DNA from: Malacoraja senta
Taxonomy: Eukaryota
Reading direction: 5' to 3'
DNA: 64,000 nucleotides
NCBI GenBank assembly: GCA_038087875.1
Contig: CM075987.1
Span: 27,096,001 to 27,160,000 of the forward strand
The notes beneath the pieces are model-generated. The model searched no databases. It was not told where the DNA came from and saw nothing but the letters and a program-made list of their open reading frames with translations. Positions 13,076-27,275 of the stretch are shown here, one piece after another (within the stretch, counting starts at the first letter, position 1; every line of letters begins with the position of its first letter). The translations under genes and the position numbers were made by a program.

Positions 13076-16000
13076 CAAGTCAGTTTCAAGTCAGTGGGAA
13101 ACTTAGCCAGTAGTATCTGTGATAGCTTACGACATACAAAATTGCTGAATGCAGTATAACCATGCTAAGACCAGCATATGTACATGTGGAATTTTTCCAT
13201 TAAAATCACTGCAAGCAATAATCTAAGGGCTGCATTAATGAAGGGCATTACAAGGTTGTTTTAAAATTCAGGAGACGGCATGATCAAAAAAATGTTACAC
13301 TCTGCGTGCAAGACTGGAATTATTCAGAAGAAAAGAAATTATAAAATAAAAATGTAAAATATCCATGCAAAACACCGAAACACTGAAATAGTTATACAAG
13401 CACTCCAGCTTTAATAGATCTGCCCCCTTTTTAAAACTGATTATGTCTGATTAATATAGATGACCTCTGCAGTTGGCACCTCCAAGCCCCTCTCCCACTG
13501 GCATGATACTGCAATTTTCACCCAAAATATGCTTATACCAATGTTTTAGTTATATGGGATAGGAAATTATAGAGATGCTGGAAATTGTGATCAGGTTGCT
13601 ATTAAAATTATTCTCAGATTGGGTGGAAACGCTACCCATTCCTTTTATCCAGAGATGTTGCCTATCACGCTGAGTTACTCCAGCATTTTGTATCCATCTA
13701 TGGAATATGGGAATGCCAGGTGGAATCATAGGCAGTGAAGAACTGATCTTCAGCAAATTAATCTGAGTTGAGGGGGAGAGCATAATGTGTCTGTAAAGGA
13801 AAATACAAGTGTGTTACTGGTCCAATCAAAGTTTTAACATTAGAATACTTATGCTGGTTTATGTAGTATAAAATTTCAAGTCCACATTTTGGCTAAGTGA
13901 GCAAATGTACTCATTTGCCGGCACAGATTTTAAGAAAGATTTCCAACCACGTAACCAGAGTTTAAATTTTTTTTTAAACTGGAGCAAGGTCATTCTTGCC
14001 CATAAATTAAGTAACTAAGCAACACTTGTCTGTGTCTTCAAAATGGCAGATTCCAGAAGGAAGAGATGCGGGCCCATTCCAATCTTCAGAATGCAACTGA
14101 TATTCATCAGCAAAAATTGAACATTTGCCGGCATTGAGTATAGAAAACAAACTAATTGGATTTTCTCATTATCTCTTCATAAATAGCAGCAAAAGTTATA
14201 ATAATACTGAGCGTAGAAGAAGCACACACATTATTACTGACCACGAGGATGTGGTCAAGTATGATGCAAAGAATTTACTATCACAATTGTTCAGCAGCTT
14301 GAATGTATAATACATTTAAATTATATATGATTAGCCTGCAAGTAACAAGATATGTCTAGAAATTATTAGCCAGGACCTGCTTATACCACAATACTGCAGT
14401 GGTTGTAGCTTCTGCAGGTCTTAAGAGCCCTATTGTCTTACTGTTTCCTCTTCAAGGTTCTCCCACTCACCCCGCCTCTCTGATCTCCATCTAAGACTCG
14501 CCAGTTTCTGCAGCAGAAAAGATAGATTCTTTGATCGTGTTCTTGGATTGGAGCAATGAACTGCCCTGCAACAATGTGTGAATTGAAAAGGTAACTAATA
14601 ATGCTGTTAAAACAATCCATAGAAGCAAACTAATCACAAAATTTTAAATGCTGTTTCAAGAAAAACTCATGTAATTTAAGCTGTTTAATTTAACCGGAAA
14701 CAAATGCCTGTTAATCACAATTAGCAGCAAAATTATTTTTATATAGTTTTGTTTTTGCCCGCAGTTCTTTTTAAAATCATGGAATATTTTATCCTGAAAT
14801 GAACCAGGGTTAAAAGTGACCCATCAGATTATGCTATCATTTTGAAAACACACTTTGTGAACAGGCTGACTTATCTATAATACAAATCAGTAGTTGATGA
14901 AGGAGAACTCTGCCACAGATGCATTACAGGCAAACAATTCTTCAACAAATATACGTACATATCAACTCAGAGTGCTTGAATACAATTTGGTTTAGAAACA
15001 CTCATGAATTCTTTCCTAAAAATTCTCTTTACTCTTGTGATAACTGTTGTTATTGCCTTGGCAAATGAATTAACTCAACAGGTTAGGGATTGCACTTGGA
15101 TCGTGCAATCCAAGTGAAATCTTGGATACCTTTGAAACAATCAAGCAGAAAATCTCAACTAAACAAATTAGTAGTACGCATGTTCCCATTATCATTATCA
15201 TTGCCAGATAGCAATTCATCTCACAGAAAAGTTCCTTGAAGTGGGGAGAATAATTGAAGTAACCAGTCACTGGGTGGTTTAATGCAAATGGAGCTTGGTG
15301 ACGGCTTTAAAATAAAGGAAAGCAATACATGGCTACACACTTAACTATAGAAGATGTAGGTAAAAAAAGTCAAAATGCTGGAGTAACTCAGCAGGTCAGC
15401 CAGCATCTCTGGAGAACATGGATAGGCGACGTTTGGAGTTGGAACCCCTTTTCAGATGTCAGGACAATGTAACTCAAGGAAACTAGTTTGGTGGGATATA
15501 TTGAGAACACCCCCCCAAAATTATTCGATTACTAACAGCAGGAAGAATACATTTTAATGAGTAATTAGGCAATTTCCTGAAATTGTCACAATTTCTTTCC
15601 ATGTTCCACGTAAATGCCAACAAGTAAAACATTATGCACTAAGTAAATCTCCACACCCTGACTTTCTAATTACATTTAGTAGCTCCTATCACTCTAGAGG
15701 CTTTCAAGATAAAAGAGGGAGAAGTAAGAGAAAGGAACCAACCAAGGCCTGACCTAGTTTTGTAACCACCTGACAAAATAATAAGCTGGCTCATTCATAG
15801 ATTGTTTTTTTTACATTATATCCATCTAATTCCGAGAAGCCTCTGCTCAAGGAATTAAATGCAGTGCAGAATGTGATGACTTTGTAATGGATCCAATTTG
15901 GGGGAAAATGTAGATAAGTTAACCCAGATAAAATGAAAACTCCTGCGGAAGCAATATCGTTATACCAAAACATGCCAAGAAACCCATTAAAGATTTCAGA

Positions 16001-16518
16001 GAGTTCCAAAATTACACATTCTATTGACTTTCGGAAACATGAAGGCACTGGGGAAAAGCTTATAGTTTTTGCTGAATTTATATTTGTAAAAGAATACTGC
16101 AGCTTGCAGAGCGAACATGAAAGACTTTGACAATATGAAGCATGCCTTTCTTGTTAGGGTGGTGCACATTGATCCTGGGGCATTGCAAATTAATGGATAG
16201 TGTGCATGGAGCTGCAAAACATCAGTTTTAATATCTGGCATTATTTCAGCTTGGTCAGAATGATGTGAAAGAATGCACAGTTCTGGTAAGATTCCATAAC
16301 CTGCTAGTTTTTTAAATATAAATAGACAGCTCAGTTGCTTCTCATCGTATCCGTAGAGGAGTTCCAAAAATTATGTCCAGAGTCGACTGAAGAAAGGCAA
16401 TACATTTCTAAAGGTAGACACAAAGTGTTGGAGTAACTCAGCGGGTCAGGCAGCATCTACGGAGATAAAGGATATAGAGCAGATCACAGGAAAAGTGCCC
16501 AGACATGAACATTGTGCA

Positions 16519-16685
16519 GGTTGACACAAAATGCTGGAGAAACTCAGTGGGTGAGGCAGCATCTATGGAGAGAAGAAATTGGCGACGCCCATTTCTTCTC
16601 TCCATAGGTGCTGCCTCACCCGCTGAGTTTCTCCAGCATTTTGTGTCTACCTTCGATTTTACCAGCATCTGCAGTTCCTTCTTAC
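16519..16685. mobile_element. Penelope-derived fold-back insertion
   Basis: Two inverted copies of the terminal repeat; 16-bp TSD acatgaacattgtgca at 16503-16518 and 16686-16701. Confidence 0.75.
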
Positions 16686-18259
16686 ACATGAACATTGTGC
16701 AACTGTCAATGAACATCCAGTGATGAGATATGGAATATGTTTCCTGTCTCTCAGCGCAGATATAAATTGTCGGGGAAGATCCGGCTGGGGTAGGTTGAGA
16801 GAGGACCTGTGCCTTCTAGATGATTAGTGTAGACACAAGAGACTGCAAAAGCTAGTATCTTGAGCAAAAAACAAAATGCTGGAGGAATTCAGCAGGTCAG
16901 ACAGCATCCACGGAGGGAATGGTCAGATGATATTTTGGGTCAAGACCCTTTTTCAGACAGGAAATGTGTAGTGTGTTTGGTCTAAGACCCATCTTTTCAC
17001 ACACAATGCAGATAATCTTGACCGTTTTACCAGGACCTTACAGAATTTCAACAAGATATCTTTGCTAAATTTCAATGAAACCACGTGAGTAAACTCTTCC
17101 CCATCTTTTCTCGTATTTTGATCTCCTTCATAAGCTGTGATGGCTACAATGTTCCAGCAGGGAGGCATTTAACACTATTGATTTTAGTTATTGCCTTGCA
17201 TTTAGTAGAAAGTTATTTTTAATGATAAGAATGGCCCCATAGCAGAAGCGTCTACATCGCGGGGCTGGAAACTGGAAGTATCGCGAGCTAATTCTGCTAC
17301 CACCATCATTTATTGTGACAAGTGATGGCTTCCACTGATTGTCGCCGGAAGCTTGCGTCCTTTTCAGGATGGACGATGACAACGAGGTCAACATTTGTAG
17401 CAAGATGGACACATAAAGAAGAAGAATTATAAGAATTTATTGGGCACTATTTTCTCTGGTGAAGAAATTAAAAGCATTTAATTCTACAATTAGGGCTCGG
17501 CCAATCAATACTGAAGTGAGGAAGAATTTTCTACAAATAAAAACCATTGCAGAAATCTGAACCTCCACCCCAAAATATTCATTTTTAGATCAATGGAATT
17601 TTTCACAGCTGAAATCAACATAATTTCTTCTTACAAAGATATCCTTTGATCTATGATCATTTTTTCCTATTGACAAGCCTCCTGTAGAGGTCATGGAACA
17701 AATTTAAAAGGTGGCACAAGATAAGGCAAAGTGCTATTTTACTGGCAGGTCTAACGTTGGGGTAGAGTAACAGCATACAGTTTGATAAGGTGAGGTTAGC
17801 ATTTAACGGAATAGAACAGCATTTCCCTATCATTCAGAACTTAACTGTTTATGACCTCCTCTTAGATACAGAACAGCTTTACTGCACAGCAACGAACTGC
17901 AGATACTGGTTTATGCTGCGGATTGACACAAAACGCTGGAGTAACTCAGCAGGTCAGGCTGCATCTTTGACAAAAAGGAATAGGTGTCAGAACTCTTCTT
18001 CAGACTGCAAGATAGAGAAGCGGTCTGAAGAAGGGTTCCGACATGAAACGTCACCTATTCCTTTTCTCCAAAGATGTTACCTGGCCTGCTCAGTTACTCC
18101 AGCATTTTATGTCTGGTTTTGCTGTACAACTCTAGTCACCATATCACAAAATTTCAGGGTAGACAAAGTCTGCCAATATCTTCTGAATAATCTAAAAAAT
18201 GCAAATTTTTATTCTTGCTCTGAATCGATTGCATCATAATTTGATTTGGCAACGGCTTT

Positions 18260-18745
18260 GACCAAGACAGCAAGAATTTGCAGAAAGCGTTGGATCTGGT
18301 CCATTCCATCACAGAGACCAGCCTCGATTACATCTACATGTTATGCTGCCTCAGTAAAGCAGCCAATATAATCAAGGCCATTTACAGTCCGTTCATCCCC
18401 TTTTCTCCTCTTTCCTGTTGGGCAGAAGACCCAAAAACCTGAAAGCATGTACCATCAGCTTCTGGAACAGCTTCTGTCTGCCCTGCTGTCATCAGACTAC
18501 TGAATAGTTGTCCCATAAGCTAGGATGTAGTCCCAATCTTCCAATTTATCTCATTGTAAACCTTTGACCTTTTCTCTGTAAATGTAAGGCCACAATGCTG
18601 CAACACTATTCTACGCTCTGCATTCTCTTTGCACTACCTGCTGTACTTATGTATGACTTAATTTTACTCGTATATTGTATGATTTGACTGGATAGCATGT
18701 AAACAATAGCATTTCACTTTACCTCAGTGCATGTAAAAATAATAA
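18260..18745 (+). mobile_element. Old Rex1/Babar-type LINE 3' fragment
   Basis: Degenerate homology to 49979-50513 (tgcctcagtaaagcagccaatataatcaagg). Confidence 0.6.
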
Positions 18746-20829
18746 AATATACCAATACATATGCAAAGTTGTTCACAGTCTCTGGGTATATGTGGAAAAG
18801 TTATTGTTCATTATCTTCTTCATGAACTGCAAAGTAAAGTCATGGCTGGAATTCTTCAAGTAGCAAGTTGCTCAATTTTGACCCAAATACTATGAAGGAA
18901 TCATGATGAATTTTAAATATTGAGTTGCTGGATTAAACAAAGGGGAACTTTTTTTGAAGAAGGGTCTCAATCCAAAACGTCACCCATTCCTTCTTTCCAG
19001 AGATGCTGCCTGTCCCCGATTCCAGCTTTTTGTGTCTATCTTCGGGAACTTTTTCTCTGTCCTTCTCAGGTGGTGGAGGGTGAAAGTTTAAGATCTTATT
19101 CCCAAAAGCAGCTTTGTCAAGTTGCTGCAGTGCATCTTGCAAAAAGGACAAATTATGAGAGGACAGAACAGAAGGCGGTTCAGAAAGCAGCAGTAGAAAG
19201 GGATGTTCCTCTGTATTATCTCAGGGGTTTAGTCCAATTATATTGCCACCAGCACTCGGATCTACATGGCTCAGCTGATCACCAGGTAAATTTACCTATT
19301 TTATACATTACCCCTGTATACAGCAAGTCCTGTATATGATGACTTCAAAAGATCTTCCCTGTCTGTATCATCAAAGCACGATACTTTCATTAAAGAAACT
19401 ATAATCCACAAAATGTGACTGGCACAGTAACTTTACATAGGCAAATCTAGATTGAGATTCCAGTCTAATTATCAATTATTTCTTATCATTTTCCTGCTTT
19501 TATAACCTCCCTTGTAATCTTTTTTTGTGATAACTCTTTTGTAACCTTCCTTGTCCTACCCCTTTTCAAAACAATATGATGAATCCTTAAGTCAACTACC
19601 CTATCTTGTTGATTCTAAAGTACAAGTCTGCCTTCCCACAAGCTATACTCTTCTAATACATGTCCGATATGTTGAAATAAAGATCACATAACATTAAAGA
19701 ATAATCAAAAGTAAAACAGCGCTCATTTCCTTTAATTCTCATGTAAGTCAAATTGTTATCTTTTATAGATTCATAGCTCTTCAACACTTTCCCAATTAAT
19801 GATTTTTAATTTTGTTTTGAATGCCAATCGTTTTCAGAACCGTGGGACCAGATGCCCACATGAACATACACGTGTATTGTGCATTTGAATCCCTAATGAA
19901 GTCATGCCTCAAAGTAAACATATCCTCACCTCCGTAATAAAGTGTCTCAAGAGTGCCCCCGGTTTTCCTTATTGCCTTGCAAATCTAGATCATACATATG
20001 GAGATGCAGTGACCTAGTTTTGCACACGTTTACCAGCAACAAAGCTAAGGCACTCCCAAAGTCATCTCATGCAGCTGGTAAGAGGGATGAGAATTTCTCC
20101 ACGACAAACTAATTTTAAGGATAGGAAGGAAAGTGAACTGGCTCACGATATAATTATCCCAAGGTTTCAGAAATGCATATTTTTTAAAAGTTAATTTTAT
20201 TATTCAAATATTTTAAAATGATGTTCATCTTTCTAATTTTTTTCATTGCAATAAATAATCTGAAGCAATTTCACATGCTTTTATCTTGATTATTTTTTAC
20301 ATAATCGTTAAAACCCAATAACTTTACATCAAACATATTTCAGCTAATTTGTTATCGTGCTATAATGACCGTGATTAATCGCAGAATGACACACAATTTA
20401 AACATTTACTTTCTTGAAAAATTTCAAGGCAGCATTCAATTAAAAATTACATCAAATCTTCAAGATTGCTTTAGCCTGAATGCAAAAGGAGTTTTAATTT
20501 AACCCCACTGCACAATCAGCATATGCGGGTCATTGGAGCTTCTTACCACAGCTGAATGGATTTTAACATCCGCCAGAGGGGAAAGGCCTAAGAAAACAGG
20601 AAGCCCAAGACAAAAAATGAAATAATTGTCTTGACTCAAAAATAATGTTTGGCGATGAGAAAAACAAAAAGCAACTATGTTGTATTGCTCAAATTAGTTA
20701 CAATTTCTTCAGTAATTCTTATTTTCCAAGTTTTACAAAGCTGATTTTATCTACTACCTCAGGATTTCCATTTAGCATTTGATGCAACTTTCTATGAAAC
20801 AGTATATAAAGAAACATCAAAGTAAAAGG

Positions 20830-20946
20830 GCATGCATTTATAGAGAACTTTTCAGACCTCGTTATCCTGAAGTGCTTCAGAGCCAATGACATACTGCAAA
20901 GGTATAGCCCTTTACAACATAGAAATATGGCAGATCACCTGCAAAA
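20830..20946 (-). mobile_element. Old DeuSINE/SacSINE-like tail fragment
   Basis: Resembles, from recall, the reverse DeuSINE tail tgcatttatatagc..aagcgcttt..cagccaatga; highly diverged. Confidence 0.4.
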
Positions 20947-21039
20947 TGGCACTGACCTGAAGTTGTTTGACAATAAGTCAGCCTGACTAGAAAGAAAGGA
21001 CTGGGTCAACAGGTGGCAATTTGGGGATTAGATAGTTCA

Positions 21040-21291
21040 AGGGCCTGTCCCACTTTCACGACCTAATTCACAACCTTGTTTACTCATCATGTTGAAAAAA
21101 CGCCCCGACCTACTTGATGCCACGAGTACCTACAACTAGCATCACGACCTGCTACGAGCTACCTACGACCTCCTACTACCTACGACCTACCTACGACCTC
21201 CTACGACTTCGTGACGACCATGCTGCGAGTACGAGTCAAGGGCAAACTCAGCAGAGGTCGTGAATTAGGTCGTGAAAGTGGGGCAGGCCCT
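21040..21291. mobile_element. PIF/Harbinger-type MITE
   Basis: TIR agggcctgtcccactttcacgacctaattcac, inverted at the right end; TSD tca/tta (TWA with 1 change); internal ctacgacct repeats. Confidence 0.8.
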
Positions 21292-24200
21292 TTAGTGGGG
21301 AGGGAAAACAAGCATTGAAGAGTAGGTAAACATGGTAGTCTTAGGACTAGGGCCTAAGGATCAGAAGTAATATCCTGGAGGCATGGTAAGAGGAAATTTG
21401 TAGACAAGCATGTCAAAACCCCATTGTTTATCTATCATTTTTCTTTAAAATCCTTCCATTCATTGTGTATTCCCTTAAGTTGACTGTCACCTCCTCCAAA
21501 TTAATTAAAATCTGACACTTTTATGCCCATATAACAAATTTATTGATAATCTTCCGAGAGCCTAAAACTTTCTTCCTCACCATCAATCATACTGCTATGT
21601 GATATTGGCAAAGGTGTTAACTGCAGTCCCTACAATTAAACCCTAATCTTTTATGTACACCATGCAAAGCGAAGAGCGAGTACCAAGCCTTCAGGAACTG
21701 CAGTGTTGTAACTAAAATGTCCATCAACTATTCCTCTTTAAAACGTGCCACTGAATGAATTCTTAAATTTTCCTTGGATCCTATGTCCCACCACTCTCCC
21801 TCCTCCACATGGTCCAAATGTGGAAATGCTGCAATGCAGATTAGGGCAAAATATTTGCTTTCAACAATCCAAGAAGCAACAATATCTGCTCAGTCCTGAG
21901 CTAAGTGATCTTGGTGGAGACAGAAGCAGTTGGATGCACAAGCAAGAGTAAACTGCTTGCTTCTATGACCCATGTGCACATGTACATTTTAACATGACAG
22001 ACGTACATATAATGGCTTCCAAAGGCAAGTGTCTACTAATACTCACTGCCTAGGTTCCAAGAATAATCATAAGACTTAGTTCATGCAATGATATCCCAAT
22101 GCATGCCGTGGTTAAGAACAGAACATTAGAAACTTTCTTACCTGCCAAAGAAAATGTGCTAAGTACTGAAAGCATTTGTTAACCCTGTTTAATGCTAGGG
22201 CATGGACTAATAGTTTTGACTAGAAAATAGGTGATGTGTTAATTCAGATTTATATGCTCCGTTGACTTACTTTGCCTTATACCTATCAAATAAAAAGTAA
22301 ATTAGATGACGAGATGAGAACACAGTAATTAACAATAGATCACCACTAACAAGGCAATTAACACAATTCCCATCTATGTATACCATGACAAAAGCACAGA
22401 ATTTCTTGCACTTTGATCAGTTCTGCAATTCATAAGTACACAAAAAGAATTAGACCATTCGACCCATTAAGCCTACTCCGCCATTCAATCATGGCTGATC
22501 TAGCTATCTTTCCCTCTCAACCCAATTCGCCTGCCTTCTCCCCCATAAACCCTGACTCCCTTACTAATCAAGATAGGGTAACAGGACCAAACTCAGGTGA
22601 TTACTTAATTCTAGCAATAGTTATGCACCAAACATTGCCTTGAAGCATACATGTTTTGTTTTAATCAATCCATTTTTCATGGCTAGAAAAATGAAGCTTG
22701 CAGTCCAGGGCACTAGCTCAGTTATCACTATTTGGATATGACAGCTGTGATGTTAATGATTCTCAAAAACTCTCTCTTTGCAGAGTTGTTCATTAACTTT
22801 GAATCTTTTGAATATGTCTGGAATGAGCTGCCAAAGGCAGGAATATTAACATCAATTAAGATGTATCAGGACAATTACTTGAATGAGCAAGGCATAGAGC
22901 AATATGAAATTAATGTAGTCAAGTGGGATGAGTATTGATAGGCATGATGGCTGCATAGATGCGATGGGCCAAATAGCCTATTGCTCTGCTGTAAAATTAT
23001 GAGTCTAGTTCTAGATTTCTCAGCAAGGTTAAGCATTCTCTCCACACTCAAGTCTTTTTGTAAGAGTTTTAAACGGTAGAGAATGAAGACCCAGCCTACC
23101 CAAAGCCATCCTAGGAACTTAACCCGGAAAATGTTCACTCCATTCCCTCCTGAACACGTACATAATTTCATGATAAAGAGACTAAAATTGTAAATAATGC
23201 TCCAGGTTTGGTCTCATCCGGGCCCTAGACAATCTTAGTTGCAGTTGTATTCTAAAATTATCTTTATTTTGATCAATATATAAACCCCCATTAACATTTC
23301 CAGACATCTTTTTCATGTTCTGAGGAAAAAAATAAATTTTCACTGATCAATGCATCATTTTGACAGGTTAGTCCGACTGGGGAACTACTTTGGTTTGCCT
23401 AAACTTTGGATTCTTATAATCAGGAGAGATAGAACATTTATTTCATTGTTGTCGATTGGATTTCAACCTAATTCTCAGACATGAAAGGTTGGTGCATTAC
23501 TGAGTTTTTCATATGACCCCCACAATACCAAGGTAAACAGCTTATTTAATCTACATAATTCTGCAATTATACAGCTGCAATTAAAAAAGGCTTGTCATAT
23601 GACTATAATGAGCTGGATCGAGTTCAAACATGAGCAGTGTTCCGTGCCATCTGTCCTTTGTTGTTCAGCACATCATTATTATCATCATTATCATCTCTAC
23701 TCTAACATAGAAATCAGAAAAACGCTGCAAATCAAATGCTAACATCTCCGCTTTCCTGTCGCACTACTGGTCTCGTCACTGTTCCTGTTCTGACTGCGCC
23801 GAGGAGCCAAAATGTTGTTCACGACCCTCTTTCAGCTTTACATCAGCAATTTAAATGGAGTCACCAGCTTTCTTTGAAAACTTCTGTTCACGTTAATGAA
23901 CATCTTTCCCTTTCAATACTATAAAGGAACCTTAGTATATAATTTGATCTCCACAAACCACTCGTCTTCTCATGGCACTTTCTCATGCAACTGCAGGAGA
24001 TGTTAACCAGCTGGTTAACCTCAAACCACCACCGGGTGTGAACCTTCAATGAAGTTATGATTCACATGCGATTCCACCTGTGCTCATGACATAGTCTCTA
24101 CTGTAATGGGGAAACCAATGGAGTATTGAAAAAGAGGATTTCAGCCACAGGGAGATGTTGGATTGACTTGCTTTCTCTGGGATGTCAGAGGTTGATGGGA

Positions 24201-25444
24201 GACCTGATTGAAGTATACAAAATTCTGAGAGGCATAGATAGAGCAGACAGTCAGAATAATTTTCCCCAGGGTGAAAATGTCCAGCGCTAGAGGTCTTGGC
24301 TATAAGGTGAGAGGGAGAAGGTTTAATGGAGATGCCACACACATGATACAACAATTTACCTAGCTACTGACATCATGGTGACATAACAGGTTATCAACTC
24401 ATGCCTCTAAAATGAGAGAGAACCATGCTTCCCAAATATCTCTGCCTGCTGTTATTGTTGTACAAGTGGAATCATGAATTTATTCTATGATTATTTCAGT
24501 CTGATAAATTATGAGCAAACATTAAATGCACCCACATTATACAGATCAGTTATTTGTGACCTCCTACCGGACATGAAAGCCTTGCCTCAAACCTAAAATT
24601 CTCTTCCGGATGTTTAAGTCTTTTTGTAGCCTTGTGCATCCATATTCATGTAACCTCATTTAGAACACAACTCATAATTAAGTTTTATTTTGATTCTATG
24701 CCCAATGTCACTTGACTACGCCTCTAAAATATAGTGGATTATTTATCTATAGGTGTTTCAGTGTAAACTTCCATACAAAAAGTCACATATTTCTTTAACC
24801 ATATCCACTTTCCAACTTTCCACTTTCCAACTCACAGCTAAACACAGGAAAGACACAGGTAACAAAAGACATTATCTCCACCCTGGGGCCTTATTTCGGA
24901 TATTATTCCTTCTTCCTCAGATTGAACCAGAGAGTTACAGCCTCCAACAATTAGCCCTTTAGGCTTGGCACCCTTCTATCCCCACCAACATTGTTTGTAA
25001 ATTGATTTGTGATTTTCAGATGCATTTGGAGACAAGATTATTTATTTTACAAATTCAACAAGATTTAAAAACAGAAATCATGCTGTCAAGTTGAGAGAAA
25101 AATATATAAAGTGTCTGGCTTCCAAGTGAAATCCATTACGTGCATAACAACAGCCCGAAAAGGCCAATTGGCAACTCCAGTACTAAAGGCAAACATTACA
25201 TCATCTACAAGAGATTTTAAAGCACAGACTGACATGCTGGGAAGGACCTCTCTACTGCTTTCACTGCTTGCTTAAATAGTGTCAAAGGAATTCCAACAAT
25301 TATGATATCTTGCAAATGCAGGAACAAAGAGAAAATTAAAATATTGTAACTGCTGGAAGAAAGTAAAATGTAAATATACAGCAGGTATGTTTCCATCTAA
25401 GAAATAGGTACAGTGCAATCTCCTTTTTACTCAATGGTATCTGG

Positions 25445-25762
25445 AACATGGACCAACCCCACTCACCCACTCCATGCCCTGAAGGTGATCAAGAGCAGCA
25501 CCTTCAGTCAGAGACTGATTGCACCAATGTGCAAAACTGAGAGACATAGGAAGTCCTGTTTACCAGCTGGGATAAGGTTATATAATGCGCATAAATAACT
25601 GCACTTTTTTTTTAAATTAATTGTATTTTAACTTGTATTTTAACTTGTATTTTAACTTGTTAAGTATGGAAGCTATTTGTGGTGTTATGTCTGTCTTGAA
25701 GCTGTCGTGGCATTGTAATTTCCTGCAAAGGATTATTAAAGGTATAATCAAATCAAATCAAA
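25445..25762 (+). mobile_element. Rex1-type LINE 3' fragment
   Basis: NPTHPLHALKVIKSSTFSQRLIAPMCKTERHRKSCLPAGIRLYN; (atcaa)n tail. Confidence 0.7.
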
Positions 25763-26954
25763 CATGAGGTCATATGTGATAGGAGCAGAATTTGACCAGT
25801 CAGCCTAGCATGTCTACTCCACCATTCAAACATGGCTGATATATCTCTCCCTCCTAACCCTATCTTCCTGCCTTCTCCCCGCATCCCCTGGCACCCATAC
25901 TAATCAAGAATTTATCTATCTCTGCCTTTAAAATATCCACTGACTTGGCCCCCACAGCCTTCTGTGACAAAGAATTCCACAGGTTCACCACCCTCTGACT
26001 AAAATGGTAATTAGGTTGGTTTTATCTTGACTTCTACATCACCTACTCTACATTTCAAAAATCCTCTGCTCCATCAAAACAAATAAATAGTAAGTATAAT
26101 ATTTCCAGTAAACTAAGCAAAATTGCAAAATTCCAGTGGGAAATTAGGCGAGATCTTTTGAAAGATTAGTTTAGCAGCTTAAGTATCCCATTTTATAATC
26201 CCTGTATGTTCCAAACATTTCTCAGCCAGTAAAAGTTTTTAAAAAGTGACAATTTGTATACAGCAAGGTACCACAAACAGCAATAAAATAAACACTTTGG
26301 CAGAATCCTGCAACACTCCCCCCTCTCCCCCCCCCCCTTTCCTCCATTGTGCCCCACCTACGTCTCCCCTCGATTTCCTTCCCGCTACTTTCCTCCCTCT
26401 GGCTTTTCAATCCGCAACTCTTCAATCCTGTCGTAAACCAATGTGACCATGTCCTTCCTATTTCTAAGTTCCATCATCTAGTCTCACTGGACAATCCATG
26501 GATATCCCAAGCACTGCCATGAGGTTTCCCTAATCAATTGACTTTTCCTATGTTACCGAAGGTAGACACAAAATGCTGGAGTAACTCAGCAGGACAGACA
26601 GCATCTCTGGATAGAAGGAATGGGTGACATTTTGGGTTGAGACCCTTCTTCAGACTGAGACTCGAGGGAGACACAGAGATATGTACAGGTAAGGGGTGAT
26701 AATGAGATCAAAGGGGACAAAGATCAAGGAAAATGTAGTTCTATTATGCCTGAAGTATCTGGACATACCTTCCCTCAACCATGCTTCTACTATGGCTATA
26801 ATATCCCAGAACCACAAGAGGGACTGTCATTTTTGAGGATAAGATGCTAATCGGCTACCATTAGCTGGGTGCGAAGCCATAACAAGGTCAAACGTCGTTG
26901 AAATACTTTCTGGTTCAAAAAGCCATTAAAGTGCACTCTCAAGAAGCAAAGTGA

Positions 26955-27275
26955 TAGAGTAACATTGTGGTTACCAGAGCAGCAGCCAGCATTACAGCCT
27001 ATTGATCCAGAAACAAGAGTCTGAATTCACACAAAAGCCGTTGGCACTTCTAATTAAATAAATATAGATTTGTTAAAAGCTAGTCTTAGAAACAGTAATC
27101 AATTATAAATACCTAACTGGTTCATTAATGGGTTTCAGAAAAGGAAGGTTACTGTTCCTATACATTCTAGCTCCAGACTCACCCCATTGTGGGTGGTTTT
27201 TCAATGTAATCTCTGTTCAGAAGCAATTAAAGGAGGACAGCAAGTGGTGGGATTGCCAATGGCTTCCACATACAG
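26955..27275 (+). mobile_element. Old elasmobranch tRNA-type SINE, diverged
   Basis: aactggttcattaatg..ggaagg..ctccagac..gcaatta..ttgcca..ccacat resembles, from recall, a common shark SINE. Confidence 0.4.

Noticed and set aside
15996..16367. 123-aa minus-strand ORF as exon 2
   Set aside because: No recognisable homology; no convincing acceptor pyrimidine tract or donor.
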